This document shows, one piece after another, positions 29,802-38,229 of a stretch of DNA of 64,000 nt. The stretch spans positions 289,424-353,423 of the forward strand of contig LCHW01000001.1 of NCBI GenBank assembly GCA_001000675.1, in the 5' to 3' direction. The position numbers and the translations under genes are program-made. Each line of letters begins with the position of its first letter. The stretch's first letter is position 1. The notes beneath the pieces were generated by a model. It saw only the letters and a list, made by a program, of their open reading frames with translations, searched no databases and had not been told where the DNA came from. The DNA comes from Candidatus Wolfebacteria bacterium GW2011_GWE2_44_13 (GTDB taxonomy: Bacteria > Patescibacteriota > Minisyncoccia > UBA6257 > UBA9933).

Positions 29802-30356
29802 ATGAACAACATAAATGAAAAATTAGCGCAGATGTCAGGCGGGGAGGTGATTGCAATTGACGTGCCGGCAGATGGCATCATGCGTGCTAATGTGGAAATC
29901 ATAAAGAATCTACATGCGCAAGGGTATGTAGGTGTGTACATTGCATTGTCTAAGAATTATCAAGAGCTTGCGCAAATATTTGATTACGCAGGCATTGACA
30001 AGACGAAGCTCTACATTGTCGACGGTATTTCGAATGTATATGGAAGTGCTCTATCAAAGTTGCCAAATGTGAAATACGTCGATAGCCCATCTGCAATCAA
30101 GACTATTGATGGCGCAGTTAAAGATTTTCTCGATACAATACAAGGAGATAAAAAGTTTGTTTTGCTGGATTCTGCTACGGTACTATTACTGTACAATTCT
30201 TTTGAGCAGGTAGTGTCTTTGTGCGGCATGTTGTCGGAGAGAGCTAAAAAAGATCGGAGTGTTTGCATTATCATGTCTCTTTTCTTAGGGGTGCCAAATA
30301 AGAAAATGAGTGAAGGCCTAGTAGCCGTCGTTGATGAATTTGTTAGTTTCTCATAA
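29802..30356 (+). CDS. KaiC/RecA-fold domain protein with a degenerate P-loop
   Basis: 184-aa ORF with RecA-like strand/helix pattern (VIAIDVPADG, GVYIALSKNY, KFVLLDSATVLL) but no intact GKS/T Walker A. Immediately upstream of a PAS histidine kinase. Confidence 0.4.
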   Translation: MNNINEKLAQMSGGEVIAIDVPADGIMRANVEIIKNLHAQGYVGVYIALSKNYQELAQIFDYAGIDKTKLYIVDGISNVYGSALSKLPNVKYVDSPSAIKTIDGAVKDFLDTIQGDKKFVLLDSATVLLLYNSFEQVVSLCGMLSERAKKDRSVCIIMSLFLGVPNKKMSEGLVAVVDEFVSFS

Positions 30357-30374
30357 ATCGGCTAACTCATAATC

Positions 30375-32651
30375 GTGGAAGAATATTTATATATACGAGT
30401 TATGGAAAAAGAAGAAAAAATTATCAGTGGCATTACACTGGATGAAATGCGGAGCGTCATCGACGGTCTTGATATGGTGGTTTTTATGACAGATCTTGTT
30501 TCCCGCAAGATGCTTTTTATGTCCGCTGGTTGTGAAAAGATCTATGGCGTTCCGGCTCAAGCATTTTACGATAACCCTGATCTATGGTTGACGTTTTTCC
30601 CGTCCGATGAAAAGGAGGCTATTGCGAATGTGATGCAAGAATGGAGCAAAGGAAAATCTGCTACCGCAACGCATCGCATCGTCCGCGCCGATGGAGGCGT
30701 GAGATGGGTGGAAGCTCGAACGATGCCTATCGTTGATGCGCATGGTACAGTGATACGCATTACTGGTTTTTTGACCGATATCACAAAGCGAAAAATAGAA
30801 GAAGCGGATTCTGTTAAAATGCGGCAAGCAATTCAAACATCTTTTGACGCCGTATTGGAAACTGACGTGCAAGGCATCATTACATATGTCAATGATGCAT
30901 TTGTAACATTATATGGTTATCAGCCGGAAGAGGTGATAGGGAAGGTGACGCCGCGTATTTTAAATAGTGGCACAAAAACAAAAGAACAATTTAAAGAATT
31001 CTGGGATACCCTGTTGCGAAAACAAAACATGCAATGGGAGATTGTCAATAAAACAAAGGAGGGTAAATTAGTGGTCATTGATGCAAATGCTAATTCAATT
31101 CTAGATAGTAGTGGTAATATCGCGGGCTTTATTGAATTTCAAAAGAATATTACCGATCAAAAATCTGCTGAGAATGCATTAATTTCTAGCAAAAAGGAGC
31201 TTTCATTGGCGGTCGAGTTGGCAAAAATTGCTCCGTGGCGGTATGATTCGCAGAAGAACGTTTTTGTATTTGGGGATGAGTTTTATGCGCTTTATGGCAC
31301 CAGTGTTGAAAAAGAAGGAGCCACTATGACCCCCGAAGCATATACCAAAAAATTCGTGCACCCCGATGATGCTTCAATTATGAATACGGAAATCGGCAAG
31401 GCGATGCAATCACCGGAGCGTGAACAAATAATACAGCTTGAATCGCGGATTATTCGGTTAGATGGAGAGGTTCGTGATGTTTCCGTGTTGCTTAAGATTA
31501 CAAAAGATGATAATGGAGAGATTATTGATTGGTATGGAGTGAATCAAGATATTACCGAACAAAAAACGAGGGAATTCGAACTCACTATATTTAGGGAGTC
31601 AATGAAACAAACGCTCGATATCGTGTATATCATGGATACGCATGAAATAATAACTGAGGTAAACGATGCGTTTTTGGAGGCATATGGATATCAACGTGAT
31701 GAAGTTGTCGGGAAAATGAACGGGCGCACATTGAGTGGCATGTCTGAGTCCGATTTTGACCCTCTTGCAAAGGAATTTTATGCAAAAGGAAAATTGCATA
31801 CGCAAGTGGTGGGGAAATTAAAAGACGGAAAATCGATCCTCCTCGATACGGCCATAACCCTTGTTGTAGATGGGCGTGGCGCTCCAATTGCCATATTGGT
31901 GGCTCAGCGTGATGTGAGTGAACGCGAGAGACAAATAACTCGGATTAAGGAGCTGAATGATTTGCGTATGAAATTTATTCAGATCGTATCTCATCAGTTG
32001 CGCACACCACTTGGATCGATCCGGTGGAATCTCGAAGTGTTGATGGATGGCAGTATGGGGGTGCTTACTGATGCACAAAAACAATTTTTGCGCGTAACAT
32101 ACAATGCGGATGTCGAGGTACTCGATCGCATTAATGATCTCTTAGTTGTTATAGATATTGAAGAGAATCGCGTTGCGTTTATGAAAGAAAATATCTCGAT
32201 TGAGAGCTTGCTTAATTCTGTCGTAGGAGAGCTAAAGCCGCGCTGCATGGCAAAAGAGCTTACGTGTAATTTTCATATACCGGAAGTGCCACTTGATCCG
32301 GTATCTGTTGATCCGCAGAAAATGCGGCAAGTGTTCGTAAAATTGATAGAAAATGCCATAACATATACGCTAGAGAAAGGGAGTATCGAAGGTGCGCTGA
32401 CGAAGATTGGTGATCGGATTCGGTTTGAACTTACTGATACGGGTATCGGCATTCCCGTTGCAGAGCAGAAAAATATATTCCTGAGTTTTGTACGAGGCAC
32501 GAATGCATTTTTAGCAAAGCCCGATTCGACAGGTGTGGGGCTTACTATTGCAAAATATTTTGTGGAGCAACACGGTGGAACGATAGGGTTTACTTCAGAG
32601 GAAGGAAAGGGAAGTACGTTTTGGTTTGAAATACCGATTGTTAATAAATAA
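30375..32651 (+). CDS. multi-PAS sensor histidine kinase
   Basis: Four PAS/PAC-like modules (e.g. ATHRIVRADGGVRWVEARTMPI and RIIRLDGEVRDVSVL). HisKA H-box SHQLRTPLGSI. HATPase_c G-boxes DTGIGIP and GVGLTI. Confidence 0.8.
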   Translation: MEEYLYIRVMEKEEKIISGITLDEMRSVIDGLDMVVFMTDLVSRKMLFMSAGCEKIYGVPAQAFYDNPDLWLTFFPSDEKEAIANVMQEWSKGKSATATHRIVRADGGVRWVEARTMPIVDAHGTVIRITGFLTDITKRKIEEADSVKMRQAIQTSFDAVLETDVQGIITYVNDAFVTLYGYQPEEVIGKVTPRILNSGTKTKEQFKEFWDTLLRKQNMQWEIVNKTKEGKLVVIDANANSILDSSGNIAGFIEFQKNITDQKSAENALISSKKELSLAVELAKIAPWRYDSQKNVFVFGDEFYALYGTSVEKEGATMTPEAYTKKFVHPDDASIMNTEIGKAMQSPEREQIIQLESRIIRLDGEVRDVSVLLKITKDDNGEIIDWYGVNQDITEQKTREFELTIFRESMKQTLDIVYIMDTHEIITEVNDAFLEAYGYQRDEVVGKMNGRTLSGMSESDFDPLAKEFYAKGKLHTQVVGKLKDGKSILLDTAITLVVDGRGAPIAILVAQRDVSERERQITRIKELNDLRMKFIQIVSHQLRTPLGSIRWNLEVLMDGSMGVLTDAQKQFLRVTYNADVEVLDRINDLLVVIDIEENRVAFMKENISIESLLNSVVGELKPRCMAKELTCNFHIPEVPLDPVSVDPQKMRQVFVKLIENAITYTLEKGSIEGALTKIGDRIRFELTDTGIGIPVAEQKNIFLSFVRGTNAFLAKPDSTGVGLTIAKYFVEQHGGTIGFTSEEGKGSTFWFEIPIVNK

Positions 32652-32762
32652 TTAATCGGACTTTTGCATAGAAAAACCCGTTCCTTGTGGACGGGTTTTT
32701 TGGTATACTAGTCGTAACGTAATGGAATATTCATTTTCGCCTCAATGAGTATTGTATAATTT

Positions 32763-33944
32763 ATGGAACAAGAATCAATTAAACAGAGTACGGTAATCAA
32801 GGATTTTCTAGAGAAGGGGGTAGTGGCAAAACAATATCTTGATGTTGTCAGGGTAATGATCTGCGTTATCGACCCTGCGGGGATAGTTCTTTCAATTAAT
32901 AAAAGAGGGTTCGATATTTTGGGATATCCTGAAGAAGCTGTTTTGGGAGTTAATTGGATCGACAATTTTGTTACCAAAGAGCACCAAGAAAAGGTGCGAG
33001 AGGTTGTGGCTCAATTAGCAGTGGGTAATATCGCACCGTTTCAGTATTATGAAAATGATATTATTGATGCGCAGGGCATTGTGCATAATATCGCTTTCCA
33101 TAACGAAGTGCTACGTGATGACGGTGGACTAGTTGTTGGTATTCTTTTTGCGGGTGAAGATATTACGCACCATAAAAAGCTCGAAAAAAAGTTGAGCGAG
33201 CAGGCGAACATACTTGAAGCAATCGGAGAACATTTGCCTATCGGATATGCTGTTAACACGATTTCAGATGGAAAGATTGTCGTAATGAATAAAAAATTTG
33301 AAGATATTTATGGATGGCCATTGAGTGTTATTTCTAACGTTGATCTGTTTTTCGAAAATGTATATCCAGACCCAGAGTTTCGTAAAAAGATATCAGAACA
33401 AGTGCGTGCTGATATGATGAGCGCAGATCCTCGACGTATGATTTGGGAACATATACCCATCACTCGCCAATCAGGTGAAACCGCTATTATTACTGCGCAA
33501 AACATTCCGCTATACGAGAACAATCTTATGATTTCAACTGTCTGGGATGTGACGCGACAAGTGCATATTGAAAAAGCACTTCGTGAAAGTGAACAGCTAA
33601 AGCGTTCCATTCTGGATAATTTAACAGAGCTTGTGTTTGTAAAGGATAATGACGGGCGATTCGTTGCTGCAAACGAAGCATTCCTTGTATTTACTGGAAG
33701 GACACTCGAAGGACTTGTTGGGAAAAATGATTTTGATTTATTTGATAAAGAGAATGCTGGGAAATATATACGAGATGATAAAGAGGTTATGGAAACTCGA
33801 AAAAATAAAGCAATTAACGAAACGAGCGTTAACGCCGCAGGGGAGGTTGTGCAATGCGAAACGACAAAAGTTCCATTTTTGATTAACGGAGAGGTTAACG
33901 GAATTATTGGGGTTGTGCGTATTGTTAGCTCGCTTTCAAAATAA
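32763..33944 (+). CDS. PAS-domain-only signalling protein (three PAS modules, no output domain)
   Basis: Repeated PAS cores (VIDPAGIVLSINKRGFDILGY, LVFVKDNDGRFVAANEAFLVFTG). The ORF ends at a bidirectional terminator shared with tRNA-Pro. Confidence 0.65.
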   Translation: MEQESIKQSTVIKDFLEKGVVAKQYLDVVRVMICVIDPAGIVLSINKRGFDILGYPEEAVLGVNWIDNFVTKEHQEKVREVVAQLAVGNIAPFQYYENDIIDAQGIVHNIAFHNEVLRDDGGLVVGILFAGEDITHHKKLEKKLSEQANILEAIGEHLPIGYAVNTISDGKIVVMNKKFEDIYGWPLSVISNVDLFFENVYPDPEFRKKISEQVRADMMSADPRRMIWEHIPITRQSGETAIITAQNIPLYENNLMISTVWDVTRQVHIEKALRESEQLKRSILDNLTELVFVKDNDGRFVAANEAFLVFTGRTLEGLVGKNDFDLFDKENAGKYIRDDKEVMETRKNKAINETSVNAAGEVVQCETTKVPFLINGEVNGIIGVVRIVSSLSK

Positions 33945-33989
33945 TACATATTCGATAACAAAAAACGGCGTAAGCCGTTTTTTGTTTGG

Positions 33990-34063
33990 TGGTCGGGATG
34001 CCGGGAATCGAACCCGGACCGTATGCTCCCAAAGCATATATACTACCACTATACTACATCCCG
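33990..34063 (-). tRNA. tRNA-Pro (anticodon UGG)
   Basis: Reverse complement folds as acceptor CGGGAUG/CAUCCCG, anticodon stem UAUGC/GCAUA with loop UUUGGGA, T-arm CCGGG-UUCGAUU-CCCGG, and encoded CCA. Confidence 0.8.
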
Positions 34064-34140
34064 CTGCTGTTGCAGTTTTCAGCCTTCTCATTATAATGAA
34101 ATAAGCGTAAAAGTAAACCTCGCGTCTATTTTTACCTATT

Positions 34141-34212
34141 GCCCTCGTAGTTCAATGGATAGAACTGGAGACTTCTAATCTCCCAATCTAGGTCCGATTC
34201 CTAGCGAGGGCA
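34141..34212 (+). tRNA. tRNA-Arg (anticodon UCU)
   Basis: Acceptor GCCCUCG/CGAGGGC, anticodon stem GGAGA/UCUCC with loop CUUCUAA, T-arm CUAGG-UCCGAUU-CCUAG, discriminator A. Confidence 0.8.
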
Positions 34213-34286
34213 CATAATGGCTTACAAGTAGGGGAATATTCAATAGGCTTAAAAGTGAACTTATGCTATACTATTAGTATTAAATA

Positions 34287-35009
34287 GTGCATAGGTTCAT
34301 TTTTATGCGTACTGATAAACAAAAAGCATTTGCATTGCGATTGAGCGGAAAGAGTTATAGGGATATTTCGGCCACATTGCATATTCCAAAATCGACTTTG
34401 TCGAGCTGGTTTTCGAACGTGCAACTTTCAGAAGACGTGAGAAATAAAATAAACGAAAAGGGTAGGAAAAAGTCGATACAGCTGCTTCTGGAAAGAAATA
34501 AGAAGCAAACTGAGCTTGCCGCAAAAAGAAATTACAAAATAAGAAAAGAGTCTTCTGAAGAAATTAGGGATATTTCTTCAGAAAATCTTTTACTTATAGG
34601 AGTTGCGCTGTATTGGGCCGAAGGCCATAAAAAAATGCTTGTAAGAAATGGGCAGGAGGTTACAAGCCATCCTGTTAGTCTGACAAATTCCGATCCAGTA
34701 TTAGTAAAAGTTTTTCTTAGGTTTATTCGAGAAATATGTAACGTTGATGAAGATAGAATAAAGGCGAGTGTTCGTATGTTTGACCATCAAAATGAACAGC
34801 ATGTTTCTGATTATTGGCGCGGGGTCACGGGGATAAAAAAAGAAAATTTTTGTAAAACATATACAGGGATAAGCAAATCAAGCCAAGGAAAGCGTCCATA
34901 TAATCGATTGCCGTATGGTACGATTCAAATAAGAGTTTCGGATACGAAGTTATTTCATCGAATTATTGGACTAATAGAGGGATTGAAAAAAAAATGTAGT
35001 TATGTATAA
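34287..35009 (+). CDS. HTH plus LAGLIDADG-like homing-endonuclease-family protein (freestanding)
   Basis: N-terminal HTH (SYRDISATLHIPKSTLSSWF). A single LAGLIDADG-like motif (LLLIGVALYWAEGHK) followed by the typical helix (DPVLVKVFLRFIREI). Lies immediately upstream of an intron-containing tRNA. Confidence 0.5.
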   Translation: MHRFIFMRTDKQKAFALRLSGKSYRDISATLHIPKSTLSSWFSNVQLSEDVRNKINEKGRKKSIQLLLERNKKQTELAAKRNYKIRKESSEEIRDISSENLLLIGVALYWAEGHKKMLVRNGQEVTSHPVSLTNSDPVLVKVFLRFIREICNVDEDRIKASVRMFDHQNEQHVSDYWRGVTGIKKENFCKTYTGISKSSQGKRPYNRLPYGTIQIRVSDTKLFHRIIGLIEGLKKKCSYV

Positions 35010-35036
35010 TGCATACATACCGTAAATAGGTATGTG

Positions 35037-35345
35037 GCCGCGGTAGCTCAGCGGTAGAGCGTAGCCCTGAATCTTCGGGGCCTTCTATAGTAATGTAGAT
35101 TGAATAACTGGGTGAATTCGGGGAAGGCTGTTGTGAAAGCAACGGATAATCCCGAGCCGAGCTCCATTGGGTTCGCCATCGGCGAAGTGGTGGAGAAGGT
35201 GTAGAGACTAGCGAGTGAGTCCCAACAATAATCTTGCAATAGCGCCCGGCTCCGTACCTTGCTTTTAGCAAGGCGGAGGTGAGATAGTCCAAATTAGCCT
35301 TGGAAGAGGCTAGCGTCGGGGGTTCAACTCCCTCCCGCGGCACCA
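35037..35345 (+). tRNA. tRNA-Phe (anticodon GAA) interrupted by a group I intron between positions 33 and 34
   Basis: Exons: GCCGCGG-UA-GCUC-AGCGGUA-GAGC-G-UAGCC-CU | GAAGA-GGCUA-GCGUC-GGGGG-UUCAACU-CCCUC-CCGCGGC-A-CCA. After splicing the anticodon loop is CUGAAGA; G37 is atypical for Phe. The D-arm and variable loop closely resemble bacterial tRNA-Phe. Confidence 0.75.
35069..35302 (+). ncRNA. group I self-splicing intron (234 nt, no ORF)
   Basis: P1: exon GCCCU pairs with internal guide GGGGC, with a U·G wobble at the splice site. P10: guide CUUC pairs with 3' exon GAAG. R-like (GUAGAGACUAG) and S-like (GAGAUAGUCC) core elements are present. The intron ends in G. Confidence 0.7.
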
Positions 35346-35358
35346 ATATGGGATTTGA
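35325..35358 (+). repeat. 34-bp direct repeat, copy 1 (tRNA-Phe T-loop/acceptor 3' end plus 13 nt)
   Basis: caactccctcccgcggcaccaatatgggatttga is identical to 35546-35579. Confidence 0.6.
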
Positions 35359-35545
35359 TTAACATAAAAAACAGTCTTGTGAGGAGGCTGTTTTTTATGT
35401 TAAGGAGGGCGCTTGGTGTCGTGGAGTGGGCAAACTGCTTTGCCCACGTGGGGAGTTTAAGACCGCAGCGATATACGTTCAGTAGGACGTATCGCGAGGG
35501 GCGGCCTGCGAGCTTGCTGAGCGACGGCGAAGCAAGACTTGTAGG

Positions 35546-35579
35546 CAACTCCCTCCCGCGGCACCAATATGGGATTTGA
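35546..35579 (+). repeat. 34-bp direct repeat, copy 2 (att-like partial duplicate of tRNA-Phe 3' end)
   Basis: Perfect copy ~190 bp downstream. The flanking terminator-like hairpins are also similar (cttgtgaggagg...). Confidence 0.6.
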
Positions 35580-35703
35580 AAAACTAGAAATGACCCTTGT
35601 GAGGAGGGTCATTTTTAGTTCCCGATATGCTTGACTTTTTAGTATGTTTGGGGCGAAGATGAAGACAGCTACATTTAATTCTGAAAAGAGAAGGAGTTAG
35701 GGC

Positions 35704-36351
35704 ATGAAGAGGAATCGTCTTATGGTTGAGGCTGCTGCAGTATTGCGAAGTGCTGCGAGTAAGGGGTTTTGCTGCGGCGAGATGTGCGAGCTTGAACGTC
35801 GGATGCGACATGCGTTTAGCGTGGCACTTTGCAATGGCATTGGGATTGTCCCTGAGCCCCTGCGAGAATATGCTGGTGGCGTATTACACACGGTGATTAC
35901 GCTGAACCAGGTGGGCGAAGAATCTGCGGTGGTTGGAGTCAGTATCACATGTTTTACGGATGGGGTGCTGACTACGCTTGATATTGACGCGGAAGAGAAC
36001 ATCATTTGTCGATATCAGGGTACGGGGAAGGTGTTCAAGTTTTTGTGGCATAACCCCACACAACTCATTGCAAAACCTCGAGATTTTTTTGGGGAAGGGT
36101 TTTTGTATGAGCCGAATCGGTTAGCGCTTTCTGCGGTGCACATGGGGACTGTCGCGTGTGTACGGGGAGCTGCGAATACTTCTTTCATGACGAGTGGCTT
36201 GTGCCTCGTTTCCGAGAGTCGTATCGAGGATATTCGCCACTATCCTGATCAGGGCAAGCTTGATTATGATCTCCGTGTTTTGTATGAAGAGATGACTTCG
36301 GGTGACGAAGAAGAGCGCGGACATGTGCTTTCCTTGCTCGCTTCTGCATAA
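35704..36351 (+). CDS. hypothetical protein (GC-richer orphan ORF)
   Basis: 215-aa ORF whose composition is visibly more GC-rich than its neighbours. Lies between the duplicated tRNA-Phe 3' repeat and tRNA-His. A terminator follows at 36358-36392. Confidence 0.4.
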   Translation: MKRNRLMVEAAAVLRSAASKGFCCGEMCELERRMRHAFSVALCNGIGIVPEPLREYAGGVLHTVITLNQVGEESAVVGVSITCFTDGVLTTLDIDAEENIICRYQGTGKVFKFLWHNPTQLIAKPRDFFGEGFLYEPNRLALSAVHMGTVACVRGAANTSFMTSGLCLVSESRIEDIRHYPDQGKLDYDLRVLYEEMTSGDEEERGHVLSLLASA

Positions 36352-36439
36352 CTTCTATTATGTGTCCGGCCCTTCGAGGCCGGACTTTTTTCACCTTGTA
36401 TTTTTTTAACAATCGGGTTATTATAGTAAACGTTTACAT

Positions 36440-36512
36440 GGTGCCCATAGTTCAGTGGTAGAATGTCTGTTTGTGGTACAGAAGGTCGAGGGTTCGATCC
36501 CCTCTGGGCACC
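36440..36512 (+). tRNA. tRNA-His (anticodon GUG) with genomically encoded G-1
   Basis: G-1 then acceptor GUGCCCA/UGGGCAC then C73. Anticodon stem UCUGU/ACAGA with loop UUGUGGU. T-arm GAGGG-UUCGAUC-CCCUC. Confidence 0.8.
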
Positions 36513-36577
36513 CATTTTTGAAGCAATAGTCTAGGGCAGGTCTAGTAAGGGCTGGTATTTTTGATATAATAAAATAT

Positions 36578-37021
36578 ATGAATAATAAAAAACTTCTCCT
36601 CTCGGTCATAAATATTTTTGTGCTCTGCACTATCGTATTTTTTGTGAGTATGTCCTTTGTGTATAACGAAAAGTTGATAGGACAGGTGCTTATTGTACTA
36701 GGCCTTCTTTGTCTTGTATCTCTAAAACTCTTCAAAATGGAAATCCGCCCAGTAGGACCAGATATTGTCTTTGGCATTATTGATAACGGTATTCTTGCGG
36801 CCATGGCGTTGCTCGGAGGGCAAGTTGCTGGAGTTGAGGGTGCAATCATCGGAGGAGTTGTTGGTAATGCGATTACCGATGGAATTGCGGGACTTTTTGA
36901 GGGATATTGGGCAGAATTGTTTGTTTCTGAGCAAAGAACTGTTTTGGGTTCGGCTGTCGGCAAGATGGCGGGCTGTTTGTTTGGTGCAGGAGTTGTTTTA
37001 GTTGTTGCAAGCTTTTTATAG
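36578..37021 (+). CDS. small membrane protein with glycine-zipper-rich helices
   Basis: 147-aa ORF with an N-terminal TM helix and GxxxG-rich segments (LLGGQVAGVEGAIIGGVVGNAITDGIAGL). Confidence 0.45.
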   Translation: MNNKKLLLSVINIFVLCTIVFFVSMSFVYNEKLIGQVLIVLGLLCLVSLKLFKMEIRPVGPDIVFGIIDNGILAAMALLGGQVAGVEGAIIGGVVGNAITDGIAGLFEGYWAELFVSEQRTVLGSAVGKMAGCLFGAGVVLVVASFL

Positions 37022-37096
37022 GCGATTATATGGTGAATGTGGTATGATTACTGAAAGACGTAATAATTATTTACCCTTTACATCACTTGCATTTAT

Positions 37097-37519
37097 ATGG
37101 ATACATTTATTTGGACTCCGGAATATAGCGTTGGCGTGCAATTAGTAGACGAACAGCATCAGCATTTTTTTACTATTGCGAATAAGCTCATCGTGCTTGC
37201 GCGTGAAGAACAGCCAGATCGGGATGCGTTATTCGCATTATTTGGCGAACTAGGGAATTATGCGCTGTATCATTTAAGTACTGAAGAAAGCTTTTTTAGG
37301 GAATTTGCGTATGTAGATGCGGAAGAACACATTGCTGCTCATAATGTATATCGTGAAATGGTTGCGAGCCGGTTTACAAATGCGATAAGCGATCCGAATG
37401 CCGATGTTAAAAAATTAGCCGAAGAAATGGCTTTGTATTCGGGTGAATGGCTGCAAAAACATATCTTGGTCATGGATAAGAAGTTTACTGTATTTTTTAA
37501 TACACATGGGTTTAATTAA
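37097..37519 (+). CDS. hemerythrin-like (HHE cation-binding) protein
   Basis: MDTFIWTPEYSVGVQLVDEQHQHFF is a canonical bacteriohemerythrin start (W..y..gi..iD.qH). Further His/Glu ligand positions (EEHIAAH, EWLQKHI) are present. Confidence 0.75.
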   Translation: MDTFIWTPEYSVGVQLVDEQHQHFFTIANKLIVLAREEQPDRDALFALFGELGNYALYHLSTEESFFREFAYVDAEEHIAAHNVYREMVASRFTNAISDPNADVKKLAEEMALYSGEWLQKHILVMDKKFTVFFNTHGFN

Positions 37520-37659
37520 AGAGCCGCTTCTTGTAAAAATCCGCTTAATAGCGGATTTTTTATTACTATCTGTATAAATTCTGTAACGGGGTGTATACTA
37601 TAAAGACTACGAATACTGATTCGTATTAAATACTCATCAATCAATTATTTTAGAACTGT

Positions 37660-37953
37660 ATGGATACCTTGCCACGATGGGAATGCCAAAAATGCGGCCA
37701 TATGCATAACGGCATGATAGCACCTGCGGAATGCCCGTATTGCGGAGAACCTCGAGAACAATTTAAACAAATAGAAAACGAGCCAGAAGGAAATGTGTTC
37801 GTTGCTGAAGAACATATTCCACGCCATAAGAAACGATGGGAGTGTGATGTCTGTGGACATATTGCACTTACCGATGAAGCACCTGCAGATTGTCCGAGTT
37901 GTGGATCATCGAACGAACATTTTAAACAACTAGAAGGGAACTCAATGGAATAA
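37660..37953 (+). CDS. tandem rubredoxin-like zinc-ribbon protein
   Basis: Two CxxC...CxxC knuckle pairs (WECQKCGH...CPYCGE and WECDVCGH...CPSCGS). Confidence 0.55.
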   Translation: MDTLPRWECQKCGHMHNGMIAPAECPYCGEPREQFKQIENEPEGNVFVAEEHIPRHKKRWECDVCGHIALTDEAPADCPSCGSSNEHFKQLEGNSME

Positions 37954-38031
37954 TATATACTAACGCACGTCTGATTGGTATTAGAGTGGGAAACCGACGA
38001 GAAATATGTTGTGACGTGCATATACACTACT

Positions 38032-38208
38032 ATGAAAAAATTCATTATGTGGAAATGTGATATGTGCGAAGCAGTATTTGAATTTGATGTCGAGGTTCCG
38101 CCGCTGCGATGCCCGGATTGTTTTTCCCCTAAAGATCACTTGCATTGTGTAGATGAAAATGTTTCGAAAAATAGCGATGCAAACGACGCGCATCAAAAAC
38201 AATCCTAA
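38032..38208 (+). CDS. small rubredoxin-like zinc-ribbon protein
   Basis: MKKFIMWKCDMCEAVFE...LRCPDCFSP is a single Cys4 ribbon. Start inferred at 38032. Confidence 0.4.
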   Translation: MKKFIMWKCDMCEAVFEFDVEVPPLRCPDCFSPKDHLHCVDENVSKNSDANDAHQKQS

Positions 38209-38229
38209 TACAGTAAAAATTTTATTTCT

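Noticed and set aside
34963-35346. Minus-strand ORFs over the tRNA-Phe/intron region (34963-35346, 35048-35239, 35324-35548)
   Set aside because: They are antisense to a tRNA and a group I intron. The characteristic GVEPPT-type translation comes from reading a T-arm backwards.
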